The position numbers and the translations under genes were made by a program. Below are positions 19,586 through 29,959 of a stretch of DNA of 64,000 nt, in pieces. Under the pieces are notes generated by a model, which made no database searches, was not told the origin of the DNA, and saw only the letters and a list, made by a program, of their open reading frames with translations. Position 1 is the first letter of the stretch. The number at the start of each line of letters is the position of its first letter. Source of the stretch: Porphyridium purpureum (taxonomy: Eukaryota); the NCBI GenBank assembly GCA_008690995.1, contig VRMN01000026.1, positions 1-64,000 on the forward strand, written 5' to 3'.

Positions 19586-19642
19586 CCTATCCCACTCCCA
19601 ACCCCACACTTCCTCGCTCCCACACGACCAATTTGCAAATTA

Positions 19643-19934
19643 TGTCACAAACGGAGCTTCTTTTCTTTACTTCTTCTTCTCTCCTCCTCTACCTACTCTC
19701 TTCTTCCTAGCCTTTTTTCTTCGTTCGGCTGCCGCTCGCTCTGTTTTATACCCGCCTTCCGGCGCCGCAACGGCTTGCCCGGCGGGTTCAGCCCTCGGAA
19801 TAACCCAATCCCGCGGCCCTCAACATAACTCAGCTGTACCACACGGTACACCCACAGCTGTACTTTCAGTACACTTAGGGACTGTACCTCTGCGTACTCG
19901 CTGTACTGAGACCTGCATCAGGTCGCTCGCGACA
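19643..19934 (-). repeat. 5' LTR of Gypsy C
   Basis: Repeat of 13707-13998. Confidence 0.95.
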
Positions 19935-20066
19935 GTTTGAAGTCGGGTGGCTTTGAAAAGATAGTTCTGTTTGGTTTTTGAACTTGCGTGGGAAGCCGGG
20001 TGGCTTCAGCACACGCATTGCACACTTTTGCGTTTGATTTCTAGGGACTGACTGATTATCTGATTT

Positions 20067-21278
20067 ATGTCCGGACGCCTGTCGGATATCTTGGGGGAAA
20101 TGGCCGGGCGTCCAACTGTAGCGAGCGTCACGGCTGATGTGGCGGCACTCCAGGGACGTGTAGAGCTGATCGCATCCGGCCAGGAGCAGCTGCGCGAAAG
20201 CATTGACCAGATACGTCAGAGAATGGAGATGATCTTTCAGCGTCTCGGACCGCAGCTGGACGAACCGACGATTGCGGACGCGCAGGATCGCGGTTCTCGG
20301 CCAAGATCCGCCGAACATGGTGCCGAGCCACCGGGGGAGCCCAGCCGCGCGTCCAGAATCGGGACTGCACTGGCGGTCTCTGATGGTTCGAGCCTGTTGA
20401 CAATGTCCACTGAGGAGCTCCGGCTCATCAAACTCGAGCAAGAAATGAAGAGGTCGGTCATTCTCGAGATGAAAGACTGTCGCATCCGTCACGCGCGTGA
20501 TCTCAGGTTCGAAACCACGTATTTGACCTGGGTGGAAGCATGTCGCCACATTCCAGCCGACCTCACGGCAAAGTTTGTGGTTCTAGCTTTTGCGGATTCG
20601 GCTGAGCAGGTTTATCGCACTGCCGAGAAGAACGGCGAGCTTGCGACGGAGTACTCGGCTCAGCAGCGTTGGGCGTGGGCGCGTTCGGTTTTCTGGTCTC
20701 CTCAGCTTTTGGAATCTGTGGAACAAGAGTACTGCGAGAGGAAATGGACGAAGGGCGAGTCAGTGGCAAACTATCACCGCGCCGTGTACGAGCTCGGCGC
20801 TGCTCTTGGGAAATCCGAGGCGTCGATGAAGAGCGACTTTGTTCGAGGACTTCCTCGAGATATTCAACAGATGGGTCGTCTCCACGCTGCCACAGAAACA
20901 TTCTTCGGAATGATTTTACCGTTGGAGAAAAACTACGGGTCGACACTGGAGAAGGGACGAAGCTTTGCCCAAGGGAGACCGGTTTTCCGTCCACCGGGGG
21001 CTGCGGTCAATGTACTTCATGATTCCGAACCAAATCTTGGGGGTGTACCTCCTGACCCGGCGAAGGAGACAGAGGATCAAAAGTTGATCGAAGTGGAGTT
21101 CCTGGCGGACCGGGTGGCAGCCGTTTTGGGCGTGCCCGGAATCGGGGGGAACCGTTTAATGGCCAACTCGGATCGAGTGGTGTGTCGCCGCTGCCAAGGG
21201 ACAGGACACTATGCCGGAGACTGCCTGGCGCCAGCACCGGTGCGCAGAGCTACCTCGGCGGCGCCTGCGAGCGAGTGA
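20067..21278 (+). CDS. Gypsy B gag
   Basis: Capsid-like region (GESVANYH...FVRGLP) and CCHC knuckle CRRCQGTGHYAGDC; ends in TGA in frame with pol. Confidence 0.88.
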   Translation: MSGRLSDILGEMAGRPTVASVTADVAALQGRVELIASGQEQLRESIDQIRQRMEMIFQRLGPQLDEPTIADAQDRGSRPRSAEHGAEPPGEPSRASRIGTALAVSDGSSLLTMSTEELRLIKLEQEMKRSVILEMKDCRIRHARDLRFETTYLTWVEACRHIPADLTAKFVVLAFADSAEQVYRTAEKNGELATEYSAQQRWAWARSVFWSPQLLESVEQEYCERKWTKGESVANYHRAVYELGAALGKSEASMKSDFVRGLPRDIQQMGRLHAATETFFGMILPLEKNYGSTLEKGRSFAQGRPVFRPPGAAVNVLHDSEPNLGGVPPDPAKETEDQKLIEVEFLADRVAAVLGVPGIGGNRLMANSDRVVCRRCQGTGHYAGDCLAPAPVRRATSAAPASE

Positions 21279-24200
21279 CTACGCGGACGCGTGGTAGCGT
21301 GGAATGGGAGGGCCGTGGATGAGGCCATGGAAGCGTTGGGATATCGCAAGCCCAGCGTAGGTGAAGAGAACACCGAAATTCGAACAAGTTCCGTGATTGG
21401 TGATCTAGCTCTCGGGCCGAAGCGAATCCTGCGAGCGAGTCCAACCTTGGAAGTCTTAAACCATCTGGTGGAATCTGCTTCTGGCAGAGTCCCGTACGTG
21501 CGCGTGTTGGCCAAAGCACGTGTCATGCGATCGGGTCGCACGCCTGTCAAGGTCTCGGGATCTGCCGTAGATGCTCTTGCCGACACGGGTGCTGTAGGGA
21601 TTGCCGGTGTATATGCGCGAGCAAAGTGGGTCAGTTCTCTAGGAGCCGTAATACAGGACGTGGCGCAGGAGTGTCGAACTGCAGGCGGAAGCTCCCTCGG
21701 TATTGTCGGAGCATCAGAGCTTCAGCTACAAATTGGCCAGTCAATGTACCAGGTGCGCGCATTAGTTGCCGAAGATCTTATCGAAGATCTTATCCTGGGA
21801 TGGGATTTCTGGGTTGCTAATGCTAACGCGCTTTCCTTTGGCAAGGGCGAGCTCGAAATGAAAGACGGCGCCACGATTCGCCTCTTAGAGGGAGCGCCTG
21901 CAAAATCACTGAACTTAATTGATTGCGTTGGGGTAGAGCAAAGAGACGCAAGTAAGCTCGGGAGTCCAAACGTAATGCAAGAGGACGAAGAGGAGACGCG
22001 TGCTCGCATTATGGATGTAGACCTCAGCCACGTAGACGTGCTTCACCAAAGTGGTCTTCGGGCGGTGTTGCTCAAGCACTGGAGGGTGTTCCGGGACCGT
22101 CCAGGTCGCACACGGTCTACTGAGCACTCCATTGCTATTGATCCAGGCGCACGTCTTACCCCGGCCCGCCTGCGTAGATTGTCTGAAGTTGAAAGAGAGG
22201 CCGAGAGCACGCTAGTCCAGCGTTTATTATCTTTGGGCATCCTCGAGCCTTGCTCGGGCCCATATGCCAGCGCGAACGTTATCATTCGAAAGCCAAACGG
22301 TAAGTGGCGGCTGACTACGGATTTCCGCCAATTGAACAGCCACACCGTTCCAGATAGATACCCAATCCCTGACGTGCGCGAATGCTTAGATTGGATGGGA
22401 CGCTTCCTCCCGTGTGGAGTCTTCTCTGTGATGGACCTGGCTGACGGTTTCTTCCAAGTTCCCCTCGCGGAGTCCTCGCGGGACTTCACCGGTATGATAA
22501 CGGCGGAGGGACTGTTCCGCTACACAGTCCTTGCACAGGGCCTCCGAAACTCGCCCGCTACCTTCCAGAGACTTGTGAACACGATACTTGGGTCGCTTCG
22601 ATGGAAACACATCCTGATGTACATAGACGATATGTTGACAGGGACCAAAACGATAGAAAAACATTTGGAGGTCCTAGACGTAGTGCTAAGCAAGTTCCAG
22701 GAAGAGAACATGACATTTTCCCTTCAAAAGTGCAAATTCGCTACGGCAAGGCTCAGTTTCCTGGGACATGAAGTGGAAGAAGGCCGCATTCGGCCGGGGG
22801 GAAAAAGTACGGCAGCCATTCTCAAGTGGCCTTACCCTAAGGGCCCAACAGAGCTGCTGCGTTTCTTAGGGCTTGTGAATTGGTTCAGGGACTTCATACC
22901 CAGGTTCTCGGATCGCGCGGCGCCGCTCCGGAGAGCGCTGGATGGCTTGGACGTCAATGCAAAGAAGGCACACCGCAATACGGATCTAGAGTGCGCCGGC
23001 TGGCAGGCACGCTTTGGGGAAGACGCGCGCTGCGCTTTCGACGGATTCAAAGAGGTGCTCACGTCGGACAAAGTGATGCTGGTGTTGGCGGATCCGAACG
23101 CGCCAAAGGTTCTCGACACCGACGCCTCTCAGATAGGACTGGGCGGTGCGTTGTATCAGGAGATGCCGGACGGGAAGCTTGCGCCAATCTCTTTTTTGTC
23201 GCGGACTTTGACGTCGGCGGAGCAAAATTATACGGTCACCGAGCTGGAGTGCCTTGCAGTAGTTTGGTGTCTCAAAAAGGTACGACACTATGTTTTCGGC
23301 ACAACCGTACGCATTCGCACTGACCATGAACCTCTCCGTTGGCTCCTGTCCATGAAAGAGCCAAGAGGAAGGCTGGCGCGCTGGGCACTGACAATTCAGG
23401 ACTTTTCGTTTACCATCGAGCATGTTAAAGGCCGCTTGAATCGAGTGCCGGACGCACTGTCACGTCTCGAACTGAACGCAGTGCGCACGCGTGCGCGACG
23501 AGATCCCGTCGCAGAGGATTCTGCAGTACCGACAGATGAAGATGATCCGCACGCGATTGGTCAAGCCGTGGGCTACGAGCTCCCATCTCCGGAGAGGCTC
23601 AAGGCAGCGTACAGGGAGGACGAGCTGCTATCGAAAGAGCTCGCGGCATTGCAAAAGTCCCCACGAGTATATTCCTATCCGGAGTACTATCTGGACGAAA
23701 GTGGACTTGCGTGGGCCGCGCTGAAAGACAAACCGCGCAAGGTAGTCCCTGATGGACTAGTGGGCAGTATTTTAGATGTCTACCACTCAGCACCTTTCAG
23801 CGGGCATTTCGGAGTGTCCAAGACGGCGGCACGTATATCCGACGCGGAGTTTTGGTGGCCTGGCTGGCTGCAAGACGTCTTGGAGTTCGTAAAGCAATGT
23901 AGAACTTGCGCCGCGCGAAAGGGCTCACCGACCCCTGTCACAAGCCACCGCATGGGAAAGCGGGTCGTTACCCGGCGGTTCGAGGTCGTTGCTGCGGACG
24001 TTTTAACGGTAACGCCGAGAACAAGCACTGGATACTCAAAAATCCTGGTAGTGAGCGACCTTTTCACTCGGTTCACCATAGCAATATGTGTGCGAGACGA
24101 GCGGGCAGAGACCATTGCCGAGGCTTTTTTGGATCGTTGGGCTGCAATCTTTGGCCTACCGGAAGCTCTTCTGAGCGACAACGGGCCCTGTTTTCGAGCC

Positions 24201-25076
24201 GATGTTCTACGCCAGTTATGCAAGATGCTGCGCGTTAGAAAGCTGTTTACGACAGCGTACAACCCACAAGCCAACGGGGCGGTCGAACGCTTTAACAGGA
24301 CACTCTGCGACATGCTTTCTTCGTGGGTCACGGAGGACGATTGGGATTTGTGGTTGCCTGCCTGTGTGGCCGCGTTCAACCAGACTAGACACAGCACGAC
24401 GCAGAGGACGCCTTACGAGCTCATGTTCGGACGAGAGGCCAATTCATGGCTGGGACCCTTCAACCCGGCCGCCGAAGGGGAAGTAGCGCCACAAGACAGC
24501 GCAAGAAAGGAGGACGCCTTTGTGATTCTGTTGCGCAACAGGCTCGAGGCCTTGCACAACGCAGTAGTTGAAAATGATGCCACCCGGGACGCCCGACGTC
24601 GAGAGCTTAACGCGTCATGTCGAATTGTTGACGTTGAACCGGGGGACTGTGTGTTCGTTTGGAAGCCGCCGCTGGGCAGGGAGGGCCGAAAGCTGGCGGA
24701 CCCTTGGGTAGGCCCTTTTGAAGTTGAGCGTGCTGACGAGCATCGCGCATGGCTCAAGACGCATGACGGCAAAGAATTCTTCGTGCATCGCCGACGGCTG
24801 AAGAGAGTGGACCGAGCGCTACTGAGCAACGATACATTGCGCTCGACCAGCCTGGGAAACGCCGACGGTGACATCGTTGAGGTGTCAGGTCTGAAAGCCA
24901 GGCGCGAACGGAGCGACGGGGCCGAGTATCTTGTGGCTTGGAAGGGGGCAAGGAAGAAGGACTGGACGTGGGAAAGTTCCTCTGCCCTGCCGCCGGCCCT
25001 TGTGTGGGCGTTCAACCGCGGCAGCTTGCACCGCGGCACTGCATTGCGATCCACGTCGGGCGAGAGCTTTCTATAG
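21279..25076 (+). CDS. Gypsy B pol (PR-RT-RH-IN-chromodomain), probably reached by stop-codon readthrough
   Basis: LADTGA; YIDD; TDAS; HX6H...CX2C and DDE integrase; GPF; chromodomain EYLVAWKG...WTWE (~24870-25015); same frame as gag. Confidence 0.95.
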   Translation, partial: LRGRVVAWNGRAVDEAMEALGYRKPSVGEENTEIRTSSVIGDLALGPKRILRASPTLEVLNHLVESASGRVPYVRVLAKARVMRSGRTPVKVSGSAVDALADTGAVGIAGVYARAKWVSSLGAVIQDVAQECRTAGGSSLGIVGASELQLQIGQSMYQVRALVAEDLIEDLILGWDFWVANANALSFGKGELEMKDGATIRLLEGAPAKSLNLIDCVGVEQRDASKLGSPNVMQEDEEETRARIMDVDLSHVDVLHQSGLRAVLLKHWRVFRDRPGRTRSTEHSIAIDPGARLTPARLRRLSEVEREAESTLVQRLLSLGILEPCSGPYASANVIIRKPNGKWRLTTDFRQLNSHTVPDRYPIPDVRECLDWMGRFLPCGVFSVMDLADGFFQVPLAESSRDFTGMITAEGLFRYTVLAQGLRNSPATFQRLVNTILGSLRWKHILMYIDDMLTGTKTIEKHLEVLDVVLSKFQEENMTFSLQKCKFATARLSFLGHEVEEGRIRPGGKSTAAILKWPYPKGPTELLRFLGLVNWFRDFIPRFSDRAAPLRRALDGLDVNAKKAHRNTDLECAGWQARFGEDARCAFDGFKEVLTSDKVMLVLADPNAPKVLDTDASQIGLGGALYQEMPDGKLAPISFLSRTLTSAEQNYTVTELECLAVVWCLKKVRHYVFGTTVRIRTDHEPLRWLLSMKEPRGRLARWALTIQDFSFTIEHVKGRLNRVPDALSRLELNAVRTRARRDPVAEDSAVPTDEDDPHAIGQAVGYELPSPERLKAAYREDELLSKELAALQKSPRVYSYPEYYLDESGLAWAALKDKPRKVVPDGLVGSILDVYHSAPFSGHFGVSKTAARISDAEFWWPGWLQDVLEFVKQCRTCAARKGSPTPVTSHRMGKRVVTRRFEVVAADVLTVTPRTSTGYSKILVVSDLFTRFTIAICVRDERAETIAEAFLDRWAAIFGLPEALLSDNGPCFRADVLRQLCKMLRVRKLFTTAYNPQANGAVERFNRTLCDMLSSWVTEDDWDLWLPACVAAFNQTRHSTTQRTPYELMFGREANSWLGPFNPAAEGEVAPQDSARKEDAFVILLRNRLEALHNAVVENDATRDARRRELNASCRIVDVEPGDCVFVWKPPLGREGRKLADPWVGPFEVERADEHRAWLKTHDGKEFFVHRRRLKRVDRALLSNDTLRSTSLGNADGDIVEVSGLKARRERSDGAEYLVAWKGARKKDWTWESSSALPPALVWAFNRGSLHRGTALRSTSGESFL

Positions 25077-25173
25077 TCGGTCCGGGCCGCCGGCGTGTGG
25101 CAAGAGCCTCGGCCTCCTTTCGCGCTGCCTCTCTATCCTTCCCGACCTTCGACTGTGAGAAAGGCGGAGGCTC

Positions 25174-25369
25174 ATCCGTTTATCCGTTTATCCGTTTATC
25201 CGTTTATCCGTTTATCCGTTTATCCGTTTATCCGTTTATCCGTTTATCCGTTTATCCGTTTATCCGTTTATCCGTTTATCCGTTTATCCGTTTATCCGTT
25301 TATCCGTTTATCCGTTTATCCGTTTATCCGTATCGGCGTATCGGCGTATCGGCGTATCGGCGTATCGGC
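25174..25369. repeat. Octamer tandem array, (ATCCGTTT)~19.5 then (TATCGGCG)~5, in the 3' UTR of Gypsy B
   Basis: Directly visible. Confidence 0.95.
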
Positions 25370-25958
25370 TCACAGGGTGGGTACAGTGAGGATATGGTGT
25401 TGAGAGGCAGGCGGTGTCAACGGATGAGCAACGAGTGTCTGGAGGTTCCAGGGCGAGAGAAGCTCTGCTTTGGTGATGACTGGCTTCGTGGGCCTCATCT
25501 AGGTTACAATATTGCATTTCGCGCACTTTCGCCGCGTCGTTTGGCCGCAAATCAGGAATTTCTGTTCATGGTGGGTCGGCAAATGTTGCACATCGCCGAG
25601 GTTTCCGCAAGCGCCCTCCCTCGCGGGAAAAGGCTTCAATCAACTCCTCTTGAGTGTTGCTTGAGCCTGCACCTCTATCTCGGAACCTTGGATCACCGGA
25701 ATGTGCTCGTCTGGAGTCGGCACCAGAAAACCGAAAACTCACGGGGAAGAGGTACACAGACGCCGCCGCGTACACCCGGGTCGCATGGGTTTTCCGTCGT
25801 TCACAATATTTTTTGCTTGTTTGGGGCTGGCCGGCGGTCGTTTTCCGCGACCCCTTTGCCCGGTTTCCCGCGTGGTTTTCCTCCGGGCTAGCCAGCCTCC
25901 CTTTCCTCTCTTCCCGGTCCCCGAGCGCGCACAAGCGGTTGAGGCGGTGGGGGAGATG

Positions 25959-26238
25959 TGCTATGCTGTACACCCCATGCACTGTACACATGTAGCACCT
26001 GTACTCCATAGTACAGTCCACCCTCCAAAACCCCATCCAAACCCACCACTGAGTTAGATCCAGGGCTTTGCGGCAGTATATAATCCACGCCGCCGTGCGG
26101 CCCGAGCTAAACAAAAAGTAAAGGAGGTATCGAAGTGCGAGGAGAGGTTGGTGTGCCGTTGGTGTCGGGGTTCGATCCGGGCGGGTGCCTGTAGGTGAGA
26201 GAGAGGGGTTGTAGTGGCTGCGGGTGTAGTACACAGCA
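25959..26238 (+). repeat. 3' LTR of Gypsy B
   Basis: Repeat of 13286-13565. Confidence 0.95.
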
Positions 26239-29174
26239 GGTGGAAACCAAGGATCCCTTCCATACACCACTTTGAATGGCGCGAATCCAGTGGCACTGCT
26301 TGGTGCAGAGTTGTACGCAAACTCGTACAACGGCAAGTCTCGCACCCAGCCACTATTCGTCGCCATCAACTTGAGCATTTCCCGAATCACGCGGTTCACT
26401 CGCTCAGTTTGGCCATCAGTTTGCGGATGGTTGGCGGTAGACATAGCCAACTTCATACCCACCCGCTTGCTCAACTGCTGCCAAAACGTGGACGTAAACA
26501 GCGGATCTCGGTCCGATACAATTGACTTGGGGTATCCGAAACGGCTCACGACGTGCTTCACGAACAAGTCAGCACAACGCTTTGCTGTCAAGTCCTTGCG
26601 CGTCGGGATGAACAGCGCCATCTTCGAATAGCGATCCACCACAGTCATGATTGCATCACAGCTGCCTTCGCTCCGAGGCAGCTCCGTCACAAAGTCCATC
26701 GAAATGTCGACCCAAGGTCCTTCTGGGATCGACAAGGGCTTCAGCTTTCCAAACGACCGATTCTCTGACTTTGTCACTTGGCATGCGTGACAAGTCTTCA
26801 CAAAACGGCTCACGTCTCGCTTCATCTTTGGCCAGTAGAAGCGAGTGATCAAAGATGCATACGTTGTGTCGGCTCCACGGTGCCCTGCTGTCGGGATATC
26901 GTGTTGGAGTTGCATGACACGCTCTCTGAACTTCCTCGGCACGCAAACGCGATTCCTCAAGTACAAGAGCCCAGCTTCGGTTCGAAAACCTTGGTGGGTC
27001 GGTAAATCCCCCATCAAAGTACCAAAGTCCGGGTCACTCGAGTACGAACCCACGAATGCTTGGAAACCCGCACCAAATTCATCACATCGAACTTGGTACT
27101 CTAGCGCATGTAACTCCGGCTTTCTCGACAAAGCATCGGCTACCACGTTCGACTTTCCCTTCACATAGTCGATTGTGATATCAAACTCGGCTAAAACGTC
27201 CAGCCACCGTGCTTGCCGGCCATTCAGCTCCTTCTGCGTCATCAAATGTTTCAACGCCTCATGATCTGTATGAAGCACAAACTTTGCCCCGTACAGATAA
27301 GGTCGAAACTCTCGCAGACAGTGAATGACGGCCATGAGCTCACCTTCATAGCTGCTGTACCTGGTCTCTCGGTCCAGCAGCTTCCTTGACGTAAACGCGA
27401 CCGGTCTGCCTTCCTGTGCCAGCCATCCCCCCACCGCGACTTCGGAGCGGTCTGTGTACACCTCAAATGGCTTTTCAGGGTCTGGCAAGGCCAACACCGG
27501 CGCTTCCGTCAACATCCCGACAATCTTCTTGAAGGCCGACTTGCCTTCATCTCCCAGTTCGATCAGCTGCTTCTTCGACTTTGCGTGCTGCAACAGCGAA
27601 GTCAGCGGCGCCACCACGGTAGAGTATCCTTTGACAAACCTGCGAAACCAGTTTGTCATTCCCAAAAAGGATCTCAACTCCGTCACCGTCTTTGGCACTG
27701 GCCAATCTCTCAAAGCTTCCACCTTCCGTGGATCCATCTTCACGCAACCGTTGCCGACAATGTTCCCCAGGTATTCGACTTCAGAAACGAAGAAGCTGCA
27801 CTTCTTGCGCTTCAAACGATACCCCGCCTTTTGCAAGCGCGACAACACTTCCTTCAGGACCTCGCCGTGCGACTGCCTATCCTTCGTAAAGACCAAAATA
27901 TCGTCCAAGTAGACAATGACGGTCTTGTCCAGCAGATCTGCAAACAGCTCGTTCATGGCCCTCTGGAAAGTTGCCGGCGCGTTGCAAAGACCAAACGGCA
28001 TCACACGGAACTCGAACTGTCCGTACCTGGTCTGGAACGCGGTCTTCGGCACGTCCTCTCTCCGAACACGCAACTGGTGGTATCCCGATGCCAAATCCAA
28101 CTTTGAGAAACAGTGAGCTGCTCCCAGTCGATCCAGCAACTCATCCATGTTCGGCAACGGATACCGGTCCTTCACAGTTGCGTCGTTCAACGCCCGATAA
28201 TCAACGCACATCCTCATGCTGCCGTCTTTCTTCTTCACGAACAGCACGGGTGCTCCAAACGGGCTCTGACTCGGCTGGACGAATCCTTTGTCCAGCAAGT
28301 CATCCAAAGTCTCTCGGAGGACTTTCAACTCCGCAGGGCTCAGTCGGTAGACCCTGCCCACTCTCACAGGCTTCTCATCTTTCAGCCTAATCACATGCTC
28401 CACTGTTCGGCTCTCAGGCAGCCCTCGTGGCTCCTCGAACAGATTTTCGAAATCCTTGAGCATCTTTCTCACAGAGTCAGCGTCTTTGCGCTCCACTGAA
28501 CAGGGCTCCTCCCTTCCTTTCAGCACGCCGAGGTAGCACTCTTCTACCTCCTGACTCTTCAACAGCCGACGGAGCTCTTTCCGCGGCACCAGCATCTGCG
28601 TCATGCTCCAGGCCTTCTTCTCTCCGTAGGCCAACATGCCAGACTGCCAATCAATCACTGGGTTCTCCCGCTTCAGCCACTCCATGCCCAGAATTGCGTC
28701 TTGTCCCGCAATCCGGCAAATGGCAAAGTTAGCGGCCCCTGAGTACCCATCGCTCAGTTCAAACTTGACATTGGAGACTTCTCCGGCTGTTTCCAATACA
28801 GACCCATCCGCTAGGGTCACATGATCTCTCTTCCACGACGCCTTCTGCTTCAGGCCGTCGGATTTCAGCACAAAGTCCACGCTCATAAAGTTGTCCGTCG
28901 CACCACTGTCAATCAAAAACGTGGCCTCTCCATCGGACTTGTGCACTTTTCCTCGAACTCGAAGAAGCATGGCAGCTCCCATCCCTCCAAGTTCCTTGAT
29001 CACGGGCTGATTTGCGCTCGAGTTTCGCCCACAAGGTGTCGGACAGCCAGACCTTGGCTTACCAAGGCCACCACAGCGGTCTCCATTGCCGCCCCTAGAG
29101 GTCTCGTAACGTCTGCGAGCCTCCTTTCCCTCTGACTGTCCGAGGAACCTTTCTACTCGAGCTCCTCGTTTTTT
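26239..29174 (-). CDS. Gypsy A1 pol (PR-RT-RH-IN), N-terminal part, disrupted by element B
   Basis: LIDSGA; YLDD; HDIPTAGH...CHAC; DDE integrase (ISMDFV, VSDRD, QTER); near-identical to A2 pol. Confidence 0.94.
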
Positions 29175-29959
29175 GACTCCAGCGAGTCTCCCTCCAGCTG
29201 GTGGATAGTCTTCCTTGCCTCGGGACACTTCCTCGCGATGTGTCCCGGCCTTCCACAATTCCAGCATTTGAGCTCGGTACGAACACGCCTCTGACCCTGC
29301 ACATGTCCCAGCTCCATCGGGACAGGTCCTTCCTGCGCTGCACGACCGAAAAATGGCGCCCTCACACTTGAATCACGCACGCCGCGGGTCGCATGAATGG
29401 CGTCGTCCACGACCACCGCCACCTGCGCAGCCTCCGCGAACGTACTCACTCCTCGCTTGTACACTTCCAAGCGCACCTCGGGCTTCAGACCCCTCACAAA
29501 GCGGTCCATCATTTCTGCGTCCGACAAGTCCGGAATCACAAGTGCCGCGTCCTGAAAAGCCGCCACATACGCATGGGCCGGGCCTTTCTGCGAAAGACGC
29601 GTCAACTTGTCCCTTGCACGCCTGATCGAATCCTGCGGCGTGAACCGAGCACTCACGAGGGCAGCAAAATCATTCCACGTCGTGGGGATCTCCTGCGGGT
29701 AGCGTTCGCAGTTTAGAACCCACCAATGAAGCGCCTCTCCCTCGAAGTAGTCTGATGCCAAGTCCACAGCACGCCTCTCCGCAAGCAGACGTTTCTCCAA
29801 ATCGTCCGGGTGGATGCTCTCCAACAACCGGCCCAAGATCTTCTTTCTCGCCTGGAACAACCACGTCTTCACAACCAGAAGGTCACGCTTCCCGTCGAAC
29901 TTCATCAGACGGGCCTCCTTCGGGCCACGTGGTCCCAGCGTCTCCGAATCAATCTCCAT
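29153..29959 (-). CDS. Gypsy A1 gag
   Basis: Retrotrans_gag-like core, GPVPMELG, CCHC knuckle CWNCGRPGHIARKC; slippery heptamer at 29174-29168. Confidence 0.92.
   Translation of the reverse strand: MEIDSETLGPRGPKEARLMKFDGKRDLLVVKTWLFQARKKILGRLLESIHPDDLEKRLLAERRAVDLASDYFEGEALHWWVLNCERYPQEIPTTWNDFAALVSARFTPQDSIRRARDKLTRLSQKGPAHAYVAAFQDAALVIPDLSDAEMMDRFVRGLKPEVRLEVYKRGVSTFAEAAQVAVVVDDAIHATRGVRDSSVRAPFFGRAAQEGPVPMELGHVQGQRRVRTELKCWNCGRPGHIARKCPEARKTIHQLEGDSLESKNEELE

Larger units (their letters stand above)
13707..19934 (-). mobile_element. Gypsy family C (chromodomain-bearing), intact, innermost element
   Basis: 292-bp TG...CA LTRs at 13707-13998 and 19643-19934 with 2 mismatches; 4-bp TSD GTTT at 13703-13706 and 19935-19938; purine-rich PPT ~14013-13999. 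Confidence 0.95.
13286..26238 (+). mobile_element. Gypsy family B (chromodomain-bearing), inserted in the A1 integrase; its leader is interrupted by Gypsy C
   Basis: 280-bp TGCT...AGCA LTRs at 13286-13565 and 25959-26238, identical by eye; 4-bp TSD GGTG at 13282-13285 and 26239-26242; PPT GAGGCGGTGGGGGAGA ~25941-25956. Confidence 0.95.

Noticed and set aside
24938..25891. ORFs with repeated SVYPFIRL peptides
   Set aside because: Translation artefact of the 8-bp tandem repeat
25566..29267. 1233-aa ORF as a pol with a novel C-terminal domain
   Set aside because: Below 26239 it simply reads through the antisense strand of the B LTR and 3' UTR; the true C-terminus is at 13281-12819
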